Assembly: GCF_964194155.1 (NCBI RefSeq) | Contig: NC_135898.1 | Coordinates: 37,944,001-38,008,000, forward strand | Source: Cetorhinus maximus | Taxonomy: Eukaryota | Reading direction: 5' to 3' | DNA length: 64,000 nt | Shown: positions 23,065 to 36,882 of the stretch, in pieces | Layout: each line of letters starts with the position of its first letter | How positions within the stretch are numbered: the first letter of the stretch is position 1 | Made by a program: the position numbers and the translations under genes | The notes under the pieces: model-generated | What the model was told of the DNA's origin: nothing | Database searches by the model: none | The model's input: the letters and a program-made list of their open reading frames with translations, nothing else

Positions 23065-24443
23065 ACTTCTTTAACGAAATGCACAGAAAACAAGCTTTTG
23101 ATAAAGGTAGAGGATAGATCCCATAAAAAGATGCGCACATCTCAAGTTTCAGCTAGGATAAATATCCAAGTCAAACACTGAAGCAAAAAAAATTAGTGAG
23201 AAGCTTTTTTAAAAAAAAAAGCACTGGCAAAACAGTCCAACTGTTTTAATTACAAGTGCAACAGTTCAGTTCTTCACTGTTTAGAGAAAAGGTGCATTTT
23301 TCAGTAATATTTAATATATAATGGTATAAAGATAACAGTTCAGTTGTGAATTCAAGATTTGTGGTAAGTTTCATACAGTTTGGCTGCGAAATATTTGTTT
23401 TCCATGATTTTACCTATATTCTAAATAAAACAGAAAAATTAGATAAAATGCCCTGAAATTTTTTCTGCTACAATGGTTCAAGCTTAAGGAATTCATGTAA
23501 TTGGAAAATTGGCTGTGATTTTATTTATCATTTAATGTTAAGACCATTCACAACAGCAAATTTACTTCAAGTTAGATAATCACAGGCAAGCATGGCAAAC
23601 CAATCAGGAGAGGGTGCAAATCAATCTAATGGATAATCAGCAAGGGTACATTTTACCAGAGGTAGGTAACACTGTGTATATTTGTCAAATATAAAAAGCC
23701 AGCACCATATACACTTACAATTAAATCCCTAATGAAAAAACATTTGAAACTAGATGAAAATTACTTAAAAATTCTGACAGGGTAACAAGGGGTAAACTTT
23801 CAGTCTTGTGATATAGTTGATGCACCATAATACAAGGCTTGTTGAGCGATACGATCAGCTGCACAAGTTTAAAAACTCACTCCAAGTACGAACATCAGAA
23901 ATGATGCTGCGTCTTCACTTCCAGTAAATGAATGGAATGCAACTACCAATGGGCAGGCCAACATTTGCACATGTTGGTATCTGGCAACAACAATCACCGT
24001 TGGCAACCAGTTTATTCCCATGTTTTATACCAATATTTTGGAACAAGTGCAGCAAAGTGAAAAGAAAATTGTCTCAAAAAACATGTTGTTTGTTAGTACT
24101 AGTCCAAAATGTAATGCATAGAATTGCAAAGCAGTCTGACTGGAGGACTAATCAGAATTAGCATTGGAATGCTTGTTGGAAGAGGAAAAACATCACTATT
24201 TGGAATTTTATTGGTAAACCACTTGCTTCATTGCTCATTTAGCAATTTCTGCAAAAACAGTTTGTAGTTTTGAGTAAAGACACAATGAGTATGTTTTCTA
24301 TTTGCACTGTTTCAACTAAAGAAAATTTACAGTACTCATCATCCACAATTAATATTTATTGTGAACTGCATGGGTTCCAATTGGAAAAAAATGTTGCCAC
24401 CTTTTCTTCTCTTGTGATGGTTGTAGTAGAGCCAACATCAATT

Positions 24444-24489
24444 CTACATCGCATACTTCTGAGTCCAGTCTCTTGCTTGTTTGTTGTAC
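24444..24489 (-). CDS. UBE2D1: UBE2D1 exon 7 coding part (YNKQARDWTQKYAM*)
   Basis: 46 nt to TAG; exons sum to 444 nt = 147 aa + stop, the canonical UBE2D length. Paralog identity (D1) is assigned by synteny with TFAM and CISD1. Confidence 0.95.
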
Positions 24490-25626
24490 CTACCAAAAAT
24501 AAAACAGGCAACATGAACTTAGCACAAAACACACTTACGAAAATAAGGGGTTTAGGTGAAGTCTATGGGTTTTAATGGTTCTACCTTGAGATTTTTGACA
24601 GACCAACTTTATTAAAAGCAGATGGTAAATGAATAAAATCTTTGATACTTAAATTTAATACTGTTTTCATCACCTAAACTGATGTTTTACCAAACCCAAA
24701 TTTAACAGGAGCACCTGGATTGACAGAAGGGAATCTGGCAGATAAACAGATGGATAAAGGAATCTCAAATGACTGCAATACCTATTGTTCTGGATTTCCC
24801 AATTTTTCTACTTTAGCCCTCTCCAGCTGCACTCACCTTCATTGGTCTGTTGCCTAAATTGGATAGCTTGGAAGCCCACTTAAACTGGTGGGCTTTATAG
24901 TGATTTTAAGGTTGGCATCTTCTTTGAGATGGAGGCCTCACAATAGGTTTGTTGGAAGTTAGTCATCATTACATTTCAGTGCTCAAATCTGTAGTGAGGG
25001 AGTCCATGGCTCAGGGAACTTTTTAAGGCCTCTTTTGGGCCTGTTTATGTCATGGGTGGGTACACAAAAAGCTGTGAGCCTGCAGAGGAGCTGATTTTAT
25101 AGACAGAATGGCTATGTTCTGAAACAAACAAAAATATAGCCAATGGCAGAGTCTCCTACAGCTTCCATTGTCTGCAGTGGGTAACTGGGACACAGGGCCG
25201 CACAATTAATGGGTATTGGAGGATTATCAGGACAGGTCAAGGACTTCAGGTGAGGAAAGAATCTTAACTTCCAGTTACCTTTTCTCTCTCGAGCAATTCA
25301 GTGAAAATTAAAAACTGCAGTTTATGTGCATCTAATCAGATGCACAAAAGGTTTTCAAAATACCTGCTTTCAAGAACACTGGTTTAACAAATGAATGGTG
25401 CATCAAGTATGTTTAGAAACAAATAGAATGTTATTTTCCCCCAGTTTATTGAAGGTACTTCTCCAATTAGCTTTCTAACTTTCATAGAAATTAACCAGCA
25501 TATTTATAGAAGCAAAAGGTCATTACTGGAGTGCTTTCTTGCACTTTGGATGAAATATAAATTTGTCAGAAACTGCTTTTCCATTTGATTAAACAAAGTG
25601 ATGCTCAAGGCTCTATATTTTACTTA

Positions 25627-25794
<168 letters not shown>

Positions 25795-26805
25795 TTAGTG
25801 TAATTAATTAAGATACTATACCAGACTAAAATTGTACGTGTAAAAACAAGCAGAGAGCTTGCATTTATGTAGCACATATCAGGACATTCCAAAGCACTTC
25901 ACAACCAGTTCACCCTTTTGAAGTGCAGTCACTGTTGTTATATAGGCAAACATGGCAGCCAGTTTGTGCAGTCTCACAAACAGCCATGAGATTAATGACC
26001 AGTTACTCTGTTTTAGTGGTTTAGATTGAGGGGTGAATATTGGCCAGGACACCAGGAGAAATCTCTCGACTTTTCTTCCTATAGCGCCACAGACTCTTTA
26101 TACGCACACCTCATAAGGCAGTCGGGGCCTCAGTTGAAAATCTCATCTGAAAGATGTGACCAACAAACACTCCCTTCAATACTACAGTGAATACAAGAAA
26201 AAAAAATCAGATTTAGCATCATGCCTAGATGAGAACATCCATCAAAGCTATATACTGAAATCCCAGTTTCCTCTGCTTAAACTAATCCTTTTATTCCTCT
26301 TCTAATTTCTTTTTCCATCAGATCCTACTCTAGGTAATGTTGTAGTCTCTGCCTCAATGGCCATTTGAGGTAAAACACTCCATCTTGTAATAACTCTAGA
26401 AAATAGTCTCTTCTTAACTTTGCCCTTCATTCTTCTGATGATCCTCAGTTCCGCACCAGATGAGGTACAGCGCGATTACATTTCCAAAGTAAAATCCACA
26501 ACTATTCTGCTCCAAGATACACCTTAACCCTCTGAATACGGATGGGATCTTTCCTCTTCCTACACTAGTTATCAATGTGCTCTCTAAGTAGCCAGTTTAA
26601 AATCAAACTTATATCCTGTGAATAGAGAACCACCATGGGAGATGAACTGAGGTTGGCAGATTATCAGGACACTTCTCAATAGTCTGAGTTTAGAAACCAG
26701 GTCTTTCTATTTCAAACAGTCCCCATCTGGTTTTAAATGTTTGTTGAACAAAAAACCTTCACTAACATCAAAGAGGGGACAATTTATTAACATGAAATTG
26801 ATTCA

Positions 26806-27210
<405 letters not shown>

Positions 27211-27218
27211 CTACTCAC

Positions 27219-27250
27219 AGGTCCCATTATAGTGGCTTGCCAAGCGAACA
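27219..27250 (-). CDS. UBE2D1: UBE2D1 exon 3 (MFAWQATIMGP)
   Basis: 32 nt, tttag acceptor, GTGAGT donor, WQATIMGP motif. Confidence 0.95.
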
Positions 27251-27350
27251 CTAAACATTGAAGGCAAGAGATATTAAGCAATATTTAGAACAAAGTCTCA
27301 TTCAAAATAAATTTAAAAATGCAAATCTTAAAAAGAAAAAATACCCTTAC

Positions 27351-27414
27351 TATCATCTCCTGCTGGACCTGCTGAACACTGAGCTGGTGGGTCTCGTTGC
27401 AAGTCTTTCAATTC
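27351..27414 (-). CDS. UBE2D1: UBE2D1 exon 2 (ELKDLQRDPPAQCSAGPAGDD)
   Basis: 64 nt, AG/GT-bounded, clear UBC4/5-family sequence. Confidence 0.95.
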
Positions 27415-30400
27415 CTAAATGATCAAAAGAGAATAAAATTGTTACTGCAGCAAAATCATCTCCTGTGCAAAAAATTTAACTACGTCTTCTGAAGTACTTG
27501 ATATGTTAGGCAGAGAGTGTGGTTTACACAAGCTTAGCTGCCAGATGTTTTTAAAATATCTTTAAACCGGTGCTCGTGGGGGGGAGAATTATATTACTCA
27601 CATTTGAATTGAAGTGCAAATCATGAATTGGACTTCATTCAAATTGAAGGTTGAAGAGTAAACAAGGTGCCAAGACATCCAAGACTTGTCAATACTCGCA
27701 TCAGAGTATGTGACATGCTAAGGGCCAAAACAATAACAGCATTGATGCTGCATTAAAAAGTAAGAGTGACACATAGCAAGACTACACAACACTGCAAAAC
27801 TGAAGAATCAGTGAGGCACAGTATTACTCAGAATGGAAAAGATCTCAAACAAGTTAGTCTTCAACTGAACGTGCATCAAGATGATATTTTTGTCAAATTA
27901 AACAGAATAAATGTTATACTTATTAGTGACAGGATACTGTAAATGTTAGCTTCAGAATTAATTTTCCAGAACTTTTTTTCGCAATGCAATTAGCCAATAG
28001 TAGCTGTACAAATGTCATACAATGATGATGTGGATTCCAATTCCATGACTAAGAATCTACAGTATATGTACTGTGCATATTTGCTATCCCTCAACGCAGT
28101 CACATAGGGGACAGAGCAGAGACACAAGTTTTGTAATGACCTGCTTATTACAGTTATTATTGCTGCACCAATTGTTTTTAGTGTTAGACGGTAACTACAA
28201 CAGCTATTTTGTTCCAACCGCGCAAGACGTAAAGTGGTACTTATGCCCATCGCAACCAGAACAATGTTGTTGGGTCTACTTGAAAACAAAACTGATTTAT
28301 TTTACTGCATAACTGTGATCAGTATTCAATAAAGCACCATATAGTAGGAATTTTATACATCTGGTAATTTGCCTATACATTATAGCAAAACACATTATTG
28401 ACCAATATTGGAGCGTATTCGCAGCGCTAACAAACATAAAATCTCAGTCACTAGTTTCAAGTAGAATATTTACACCCCATCTTAAAATTGTAAAATTTTT
28501 GTAAGTGGGAAGAAACTATACACACTCTGGTGTTTGATTTGCACAATTTTCCAATCAAATCTTCCAACAATCAGACATTACTTTGAATTTTGTGAAGATC
28601 AGTCCAGCACAATGATAGGTTTAATGTTGTATTAAACCAGTAAATGTCCCTGGTGTTGCTCATGATTATTCTGGGACGTGGATCAGGAGTGGAGCAGTTG
28701 GGTGGGAATGATGCACATGCAGGGGAGCGGAGTAGTTCAGTACAGTAGGAGCAGCAGCAGGACACAAGGCCTGACCGAACTGAAGCAAGAATAGAGTGGG
28801 TATGAATCCTGGCAAATTCCAGCACTTGCGATGAGCAGAGGCATTCTGAATATTGATGCAAGGAGTCGAGCTAATCCCCAGACTAATAGGGAGAATGGCA
28901 GATTCAATTCTCTACAACATACTTTATGCTCACGAATGCACATGCACTCATTCAATTGCTCACAGAAGTTGGATTTTAAACTGTTTTATAAAGGACACAA
29001 GTGTTATGTCATTTAACATACAATGTATTGTTCTGCTAAGGAAAAGCTATGCCAAATTAACTTTTTTAAAAAACTTTTAATTAGGAGCTCAGGTCACAAG
29101 TTTAACTACAGTTTTCTCAGGGAGGTTTGTAAATTGTAAAGTTCTAATCAGCTTCAGCAGCAGTCTGTATTAAGTATTTGTCCTTTCCTTAAAAAATTGT
29201 TCTGCATTTGTAGCAAATTAAGTGCAATGTCACAGTGTACATGCTACTTTTAATACTACAAAGGCTTGTACATGGTTATTTAAATTGTTTTCCTCACATA
29301 TTGTTAAAAATATATGTGTTTCTCTTGTTTTTGGGACCAGATCATCTGAATAGTCACTATCAGACCTGGAGAGAACAAGTCCAGCATTCTCAGAGAAAGG
29401 TCTGTCTTATAGATCATCAAAAATAAAATCCATGCACCCTCACCAACTCTAAAATGTGGTGGTGCTCAGATCCAAAAGGAAGGCAGGCTTCTGTTGAATT
29501 CTGGTAGATGTAGCCAAGAGTGGCACTGGTTCATTCAGGGGTTACAGTATACTACCTGGTTGGAACTCTTCACTTAGAATGTTTCACAACTGGCCCAGTG
29601 ACAGGCTTAAGAACTCTCAGGTGCCTGAAAGAGCTGTAGGCCTTCAACGAAAAATATTTAAGATTTCAAGCACTTAATAAGCAGCTGTTTCAAGGTCCTT
29701 TCTGAATGATTAATCGTGATTGTCCTTGGTAGGTTTGCGGCCTAGTCACTTCGGATTTATTTTATGAATGTCATTTTTAGTCAATCAGGTGCAGGACAGG
29801 CATATACTGGAGGCTCGAAGGATGGTACGACGCACACAGACAGACAATATCCTGTGGCATTGGTCAGTTGGAGGTTATGCTGTTTTATAATGGTACTACC
29901 AGTAGGCCATGCAACACAGAATGGAGGAGTGGGCCAGACTGGGAGAGGGAAGCTCTAGAATTAAGTGTATTGGAACAGAGGGGGCAGAGAGTGTGGGAGA
30001 GAGGTGGGTACTGGAAGCACTGCAGGGAAAAATGAGCTTGAGGGCCAGAAAAGTACTTGAGGACATGTAGCTAGAAGCAGTCCAAGACACATGGTTGGGC
30101 CTCAAGTATAGGCCCAGGTCTAGGAGAGGCCAGGCCCAGAAATGAAGCAGTGGCAACAGCTGACTGAGGGAGGTGGATCCACCAGAAATGAGCATGACCA
30201 GAAATGTCTGGCAGTGAAGATGCAGCTGAAGGGACATGAATCTTCATTTAAAATTAGATTCAAACTCTAATATTTGCACAGAACAGCTGCTTACCTCAGT
30301 TGACTTGGCAGCCTCATTTTTTAAAAAAAGTTATTTATATTCGATACACCCTAAAATAACCAACTGACACAAAAAGCAAGTTATTGTAGCTGTCAATCTC

Positions 30401-30813
30401 GCAGAGTGAATTAGAGATGTGAAAGAAACCGATGAATCCAGGGAGCAAACCACAAGAGTGTAATTTAATTCAGTTCCAATAACAAATAGAAGTCTACCAC
30501 TTGAGTGATTTAAGTTAAATCCCAGGAGCAACAATTGTAAACTATACCGATAGAGAACATTGTAAACCATATATTGGACAATTTTTGCAATGCAAATCAA
30601 GGATGTACAAAACCAGCAATGAACAGGCCAAAATTTTGATGATTCAGATGTATTGAGCCAATAAGTATTTAAAGGAGCATTTAAGGAAAATCAAAAAGGG
30701 ATGTGAGGTATAGGAAACCAAGAGCTTCACAATTAAAGTGTTTCCTTACAATAACATTCTTGCTAACGGGATGAACTACAGCAATTTTATAAAACAAAAT
30801 ACTGTATTGTTCA

Positions 30814-31230
30814 TCTCCCTAATAGCTCAGTTGGTTAAGGCAGAGTTTGACTGAGCTATACCTACCAGAACTTCCCAGGTTCCATTCCCAGTCTGTGCTG
30901 AGTTAGCTGATCTCAGCCGAGGTGGCGGGAGGGGCCCTCAGCACCCACATGCTAAGGAAGAGTAAAATCAGTCAATGTTCCAGGTCCTGATCAGTACTTC
31001 CCCTGCTGTAAAGTGCATGTGTGGATAGGATCGGGCTCAGCTGTGATGCCCCTTAGTGTCGAACAGCTTGCCAAACCCAATCTCTAGGTTCACATATGAA
31101 GAATGGCAACTTGAGCGAGGTATCGGTTGGTGGCCAGTATTTGTTGAACTGTCCCCCAGCATGCCTTCAGTAGAAGGGGTGATAACTGGAGAGGAAAAAT
31201 AAGTTTTTTTATGTAAAACATTGTACAAAA
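30814..31230 (+). mobile_element. tRNA-derived SINE (family not identified) in UBE2D1 intron 1
   Basis: A-box-like TAGCTCAGTTGG at 30822 and B-box-like GGTTCCATTCC at 30878, followed by a ~350-bp body; no tRNA cloverleaf. Confidence 0.55.
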
Positions 31231-31809
31231 ATAAGGAGCTTCATCCTTAACTTCCAATGCTGCTGGTAGAATCAAAGGATACTCTACCTAGTTAATAAAA
31301 GTGATTGTTTTTCTGTGTCATTTCCAGCATAGTAACATTCCTGCTACCTTGCCTCGGCTGCCATTTCCAGTGTAGACAAGTTGAGCAGATTGCTGCTGCA
31401 TGTATGTCCGCCTGCAGCCTGACCCCATTTCACAGGCTACCTAAAAGGACATAGACAGATGTGAAAGGCTCACTCACTGTCTCCAACAAGTTCATCTAAA
31501 AAGAGAGGCAGAGCCAGATGAGTTACAGGTGCATTACAAAAACTATGTAACCTCAAGCGGAACAAAGGTTTATACATAAAAATTAAGATGCACGACTTCA
31601 AGAAAACGCAATTTAAAGCGGAGCACTAATGCTAAAATCTGGACAAATCGATCAAATTTCATCTTGACCCCATTATCAAATCAGTGATGGGAACAACACT
31701 AAACCTGTCACATTGCAGGAATATCTACTACATTCAAAAACAATTACCTATTTAAAATTCAAAAGCTAGCTTTAAGGAATACACAATGTAGCACAGTTCC
31801 TCCAATCAG

Positions 31810-32650
31810 AACAGTACAACACAGGAGGAGGCCATTTGACTCACTGCATCTGAGTCAGCTCTTTTGAAGAACAATTCAGTTAATCCCACTCTACTTTATA
31901 TACCCGTAAATACTTTCTCTTTCAAGAACTTTCCCAGTTACTTTTTAAAGGTTACTATTGAATCCGTATTAATCACCTAATCAAGCAGTGCATTCTAAAT
32001 CCTAACCACTCATTGCATTAAAAGGATTTTCCTCATGTTGCCTCTGGTTTTTAAGCCAACCACCTGAAATCTGTGTTGGTTATCAACCCTTCAGCCATTG
32101 CAAACAGGTTCTCTTTATTTACTCTTATCAAAACCCTCATAATTTTAAATAACGCTATCGCATCTTCTCTTCGCCTTTTCTCCTCAAAGGAGAACAATGC
32201 CAGCTTCTCCAATCTGTCCACATAACTATAATCCCTCGTCCCTGGAACCATTCTAGTCAATCTCTTCAGGCCTTCTCCAAAGCCTTCATGTCCTTCCAAA
32301 CGTGTGGTGCCCAGAACTGGACGCAATACATAATACACTACCCGAACACCAGCTGGAGTAAGTTTAGCACAACTTCCTGGCTTTTGTACTCTACGCCTTT
32401 ATTTATCAAGTTCTGGATCCCATATAATTTATTAACTGCTTTATTAAACATCCTTGTCACCTTCAAAGATTTGTACACAAACACCTCCAGATGTCTATGT
32501 TTGCACCCTTTAAAATTGTACTACTTAGCTTGCATTCTCTCTCCTTATTCTTCCTACCAGAATGCATCATCTCACACTTGTGTTGCATTTCATCTATTAT
32601 GACTCTGCAAATTCCAACACCCTACGTCCTTTTGAAGTCTATCACTATCT
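31810..32650 (-). mobile_element. CR1 LINE 3' fragment
   Basis: Minus-strand translation RLTRMVPG..YSYVDRLEKLALFSFEEKRRR is typical of the CR1 ORF2 end. Confidence 0.8.
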
Positions 32651-32701
32651 TTCTCATTCTAATGCGTGACTCCTCAAGCACCAAACATGACTCAAATCAT
32701 T

Positions 32702-33840
32702 TGTTGCGAACATCTAGTTCATGATTCTTGTGTATAACGTTTCGTTTTATGAATTAAAGTTTAACTGATGAAATTAGGATAAATGCAATTAAAGCATCTT
32801 GGGGGTTTTCACACTTGAAAGGTTGGGGCCATGTTCACTTAAGAAGTTAACAGTTTGATAAATAAGATCATAAAACTGTAGGTGTGTTTACTCAGCTGGG
32901 GAGCTTGCAGTATGGCAGCCCAAAGAAATGCTTTGAGTTGGGAGTTATAACTAAATTAGTTTAAAAGCATTCAGTAAACCCTGAAACGCTGCAAAACCCA
33001 TTTACTTTATCAGGTCAAAGAAGAAATTATGAGGTATAATTAATCTCAGGGTTGGTTTGAGGACAACTCAGAGCATGATAGGTTGTCATGGAGATTGGTG
33101 GAGCTTGGCGGGGGGCGGGGGGGGTCCTCTGGTTTCAATTTATTTGGATATTTGCTGGGAGATTTAGTTGCAACTTGAACCTTGTGGGGTTTGCAGCTCA
33201 CTAAGAGATAGCTGAAGTAAAGGAAAGTTAGCTAGGTCTGCACTATAACCAGAGCAAAAAACTAACTTCATCATTAGCCATATGAAATGCAGGTGAGGCT
33301 TAATCTCAGTTTGAATTTTGTGAGGAAACAGAAGCTAGGAGATGGCCTAGTTGAAACTAGCGGAAACATCTATAGTGGTCCTCAGAGAGTCTTGTGCCAA
33401 AGAACACAACCAGATTAACTTGACAGTATTGAAAAGTACCCAGAATAAGAGACTGATGCATCCACAGTCAAGAGATGGTAAATGAAAGTTTTACCTCTGA
33501 GAATAGTTAGAGCTGAGAATTCTCTAGAGGACTGTGGCATACTTACGGGTGGTCCCTATAGAAATAAATAACTCTAAGATTGACGTGTCTTTTAAGAGAA
33601 TTCCTGGGGTGGGGGGGGGGGCGCGGAGGAGGCAGTAATAAGTAAACCTGAGTACACAACATACATATTAAAAAGCTTTGGTGTTAACTTACCTGTATTT
33701 GCTTTGTTTAATTTGTTCTATATACAATAAAGTTCTGCTTTGTCAGAAGAAAGTGAATTCTTCTGGCATAATTCTATTAGGTAAAACAAGGTATTCGGAG
33801 TTCTCTTTAAATGTTAACAGCCCCTAATCGGATCATAACA
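32702..33840 (+). mobile_element. Possible solo LTR (Gypsy/ERV-like)
   Basis: TGTTGCGA...TCATAACA imperfect inverted termini and AATAAA ~110 nt before the 3' end; no convincing TSD. Confidence 0.3.
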
Positions 33841-35729
33841 ATTTGCATTAAATATTGTACCCAGCTTACCCACATACCCATTAGTATTAAACCATATTTC
33901 AACAGGAGTTGACTCTGACGTACCACAATGATTCTGTCTGTAAGAACAGGCAAACCAATTTCTACATAATTTAGTGCCGGGAAGCCACCAGGAGATAAAA
34001 TACTCTACATAGCTTAACCAACCACCAGTAAAACAATACAAAGTTTAAGCATATACTGGTTGATCTCTTGTGGCAGTGCTCATGGCGACTTAAGAATCAT
34101 GGTGTATAAGAGTTGGAGGGTTATACAAAATAGCACTTTGCCAAGCTTGTCAAGTTGTCTCAAGTGGTGCTACAGGGGTTTGGAAGTTAATGGGAGGATA
34201 CATTTAGGAATACGGAAGAAGCCACCAGGAATTTGGGCTGGATGTTGAGGGGAGCCATACATGTTGACGAACGGTGCATTAAGCATTGTGGTTTTAAAAA
34301 CGTATTTTTATCAACTTGTCCCACTTTTGAAACTTTTGCTTGGAAGGGCCTCTCATTACTTTAACTATTCTCATGTTCTCCATTTAACACCGTCAATTTC
34401 ATATATGCTTTTCCTGCAGTCTTGAGAAGACTGTTTACATTATCTAACAATCTCTTCTCTTAGTGTCTGATTGCTGACTTACTTTTTCTTCCTGCCCTAA
34501 TTCTATTAAAATGCTTCTTCATCAAATTCTGAAGGTGGTCCCAGCCCAAAATATTGACCCACCTGTTCACTCCATGTAAGCTGATTGACTTACTAACATG
34601 GTTCTAGCCTGTAGTTTTTGACATTTTTGTTTTGTTCTTGCACTTACAGTTGCTGTGCCTGTTGACAAAATGTCAGACAGAGCTAGCTGTCAATCATGGT
34701 GCAATAAGCCAATTGGCTATATAGAATATGCACAGAATACATTTGTCTTGGTTGCCAAATTGACTGATTCAGCATTTTAGGAGTGCACTATATCCAATTA
34801 ACTACATCAGAGATTAATAAATAGGTATTAGTCCTTCATAAATTGTATAGGATTTCAAAAAATTAATCACAACAGATATCTAGCATTGCTTGCACTATGA
34901 TAAAGGAATGTTTAACAATGTACACTTGGATTTATACTTCACAACTTTTGAAAACATCTATGATGTAAAACAAGAAGTAATTTTCATGCAAGTGACTTAA
35001 AAGACAAAAACAAAACTGCCAAATAATGAAAATGTGACACTCTGTTAGGTCATCTATATCTCAAATCCTGTGGATAGAAAATACGCCATGACCTAAACAT
35101 CTCAAATTGAGAAACAAGTTAGTTTAAGGATAACTATCAGTCTCATGAGTAAAGACATTTTAGGAGAATAAAGTTTTTTTTTTTGGTGAAGTTTGTGCTC
35201 AAGGTAGGTAATGAACATCAGTCTGTGAAATGTAGCATAGTCACTTTGGGAGCCTATAGCAGTCTCTCACTCAGATATACAGTAATACACTCCATTCTGC
35301 TCCAACATACCCACAGGTTCAGTCTTAGATGGTCACATGCCTATTCCACCCTCCAGGCTTTGACACGACTCCAGTTCCCAAAAGTTTCTATAACATTATG
35401 ATCATTGTTTCTCTCAGCATCTTCAGTATTCGGGGATGGATATAATGATAACGGAAGATTTTTCTATCAGTCACACAAGCTTTAACGATTTAACATTTGT
35501 CTGCAGTTGGGGATCATTCAAATCATCATATACTCTTAGTTTCTTCAGAACAATGTGAAAGTTGGACATAATACATATTAATTATGTCTAGCATTTCCTA
35601 TTAAATGCAAGATGGCTTTCTTCTTGCAATGATTCAATCGTTTGACCATCCTTGTGTTTATGTATCTACAAAAGCCCCCATTATTGTCCCCCATGTTGAC
35701 TGTCAGTCTTCTATCAGACTCATGAATAG

Positions 35730-36882
35730 AACGATGGGTAGACCCATCGCTTCAGCCTGTTCCTGTCCCATGAACTTATTTCTTCCTAACTTGACTTTTT
35801 TTTCTCCCTTGTCTAGTCTTTTCCCACCTATATTCGCGATTCGTCTGATGCCCTACATCATTTCAACAATTTCCAGTTTCCTGGCCCTAAGTGCCTCCTC
35901 TTCACTATGGCCCTCCAATTCCTCTACACCTCTTGACCTCATCAGGACATTCTGAGAACTCTTCGCTTCTTCCTTGAACGAAGGCCCAAACAGTCTCCAT
36001 CCACCACCCTCCTCCCCGCCCCCGGCTGAACTTGTTCTCTCATTGAACAATTTCTCCTTTAACTTGTCTCACTTCCTCCAAATAAAAGGTGTGGCTATGG
36101 GTACCTGCATGGGCCCCAGTTATGCATGTTTTTTTGTGGAGTATGTGGAACATTCCCTGTTCCAGTCCTACTGAGGCCCTCTCCCACAATTTTTTTTCCC
36201 TATACATTGATGACTATATCAGTGCCACTTCCTGCTCTCATTTGGAACAGGAAAAACTCATCAATTTTGTTTTCAGTTTCCACCTTCCTCTCACCTTTAC
36301 ATGGTCCAACTCCCTTCCCTGACTTCTCTGTCTCCATTTCTGGGGATAGACTGTCTACTAATACTCATTACAAGCCCACTGTCTCCCACAGCTACCTCGA
36401 TCACACCTCCTCACACCCTGCTCCATTCCATTCTCCCAGTTTCTCCATTGCATCTCTCCTGATGATAATACTTTCCACAATGGTGCTTCCAACATGTCTT
36501 CCTTTTTCCCTCAACCAAAAAATTCCCCCCACAACCGTGGTTGACAGGGCCTTCAACTGCGTCCGACCCATTTCCTACACTTCAGCCTTCACCTCCTCCC
36601 CTCCCTTCCAGAAACATGATAGGGTTCTCCTTGTCCTCACCTTCCACCCCACCAGCCTCCATATCCATAGGACCATCCTCCGCCATTTCTGCCAACTCCT
36701 GCATGATGCCATCAAATACACCTTCCCCTCCCATCAGCATACCAAAGGGACCATTCCCTCAGTGACACTTTGATCCACTCCTCTATTACCCCCAACATGT
36801 CATCCCCTTCCCATGCAATCGCAGGTGGTGTAACACCTGCCCCTTTACCTCCTCACCATCCTAGGCCCCAAACACTCCTTCC
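35730..36882 (+). mobile_element. Old, internally deleted Penelope-like RT fragment
   Basis: GVAMGTCMGPSYA, YIDD and ISGDRLSTNTHYKPT remnants. Confidence 0.85.

Noticed and set aside
30814-30892. tRNA gene
   Set aside because: A- and B-box-like motifs are present, but there is no cloverleaf or acceptor stem, and it continues into a SINE-like body.
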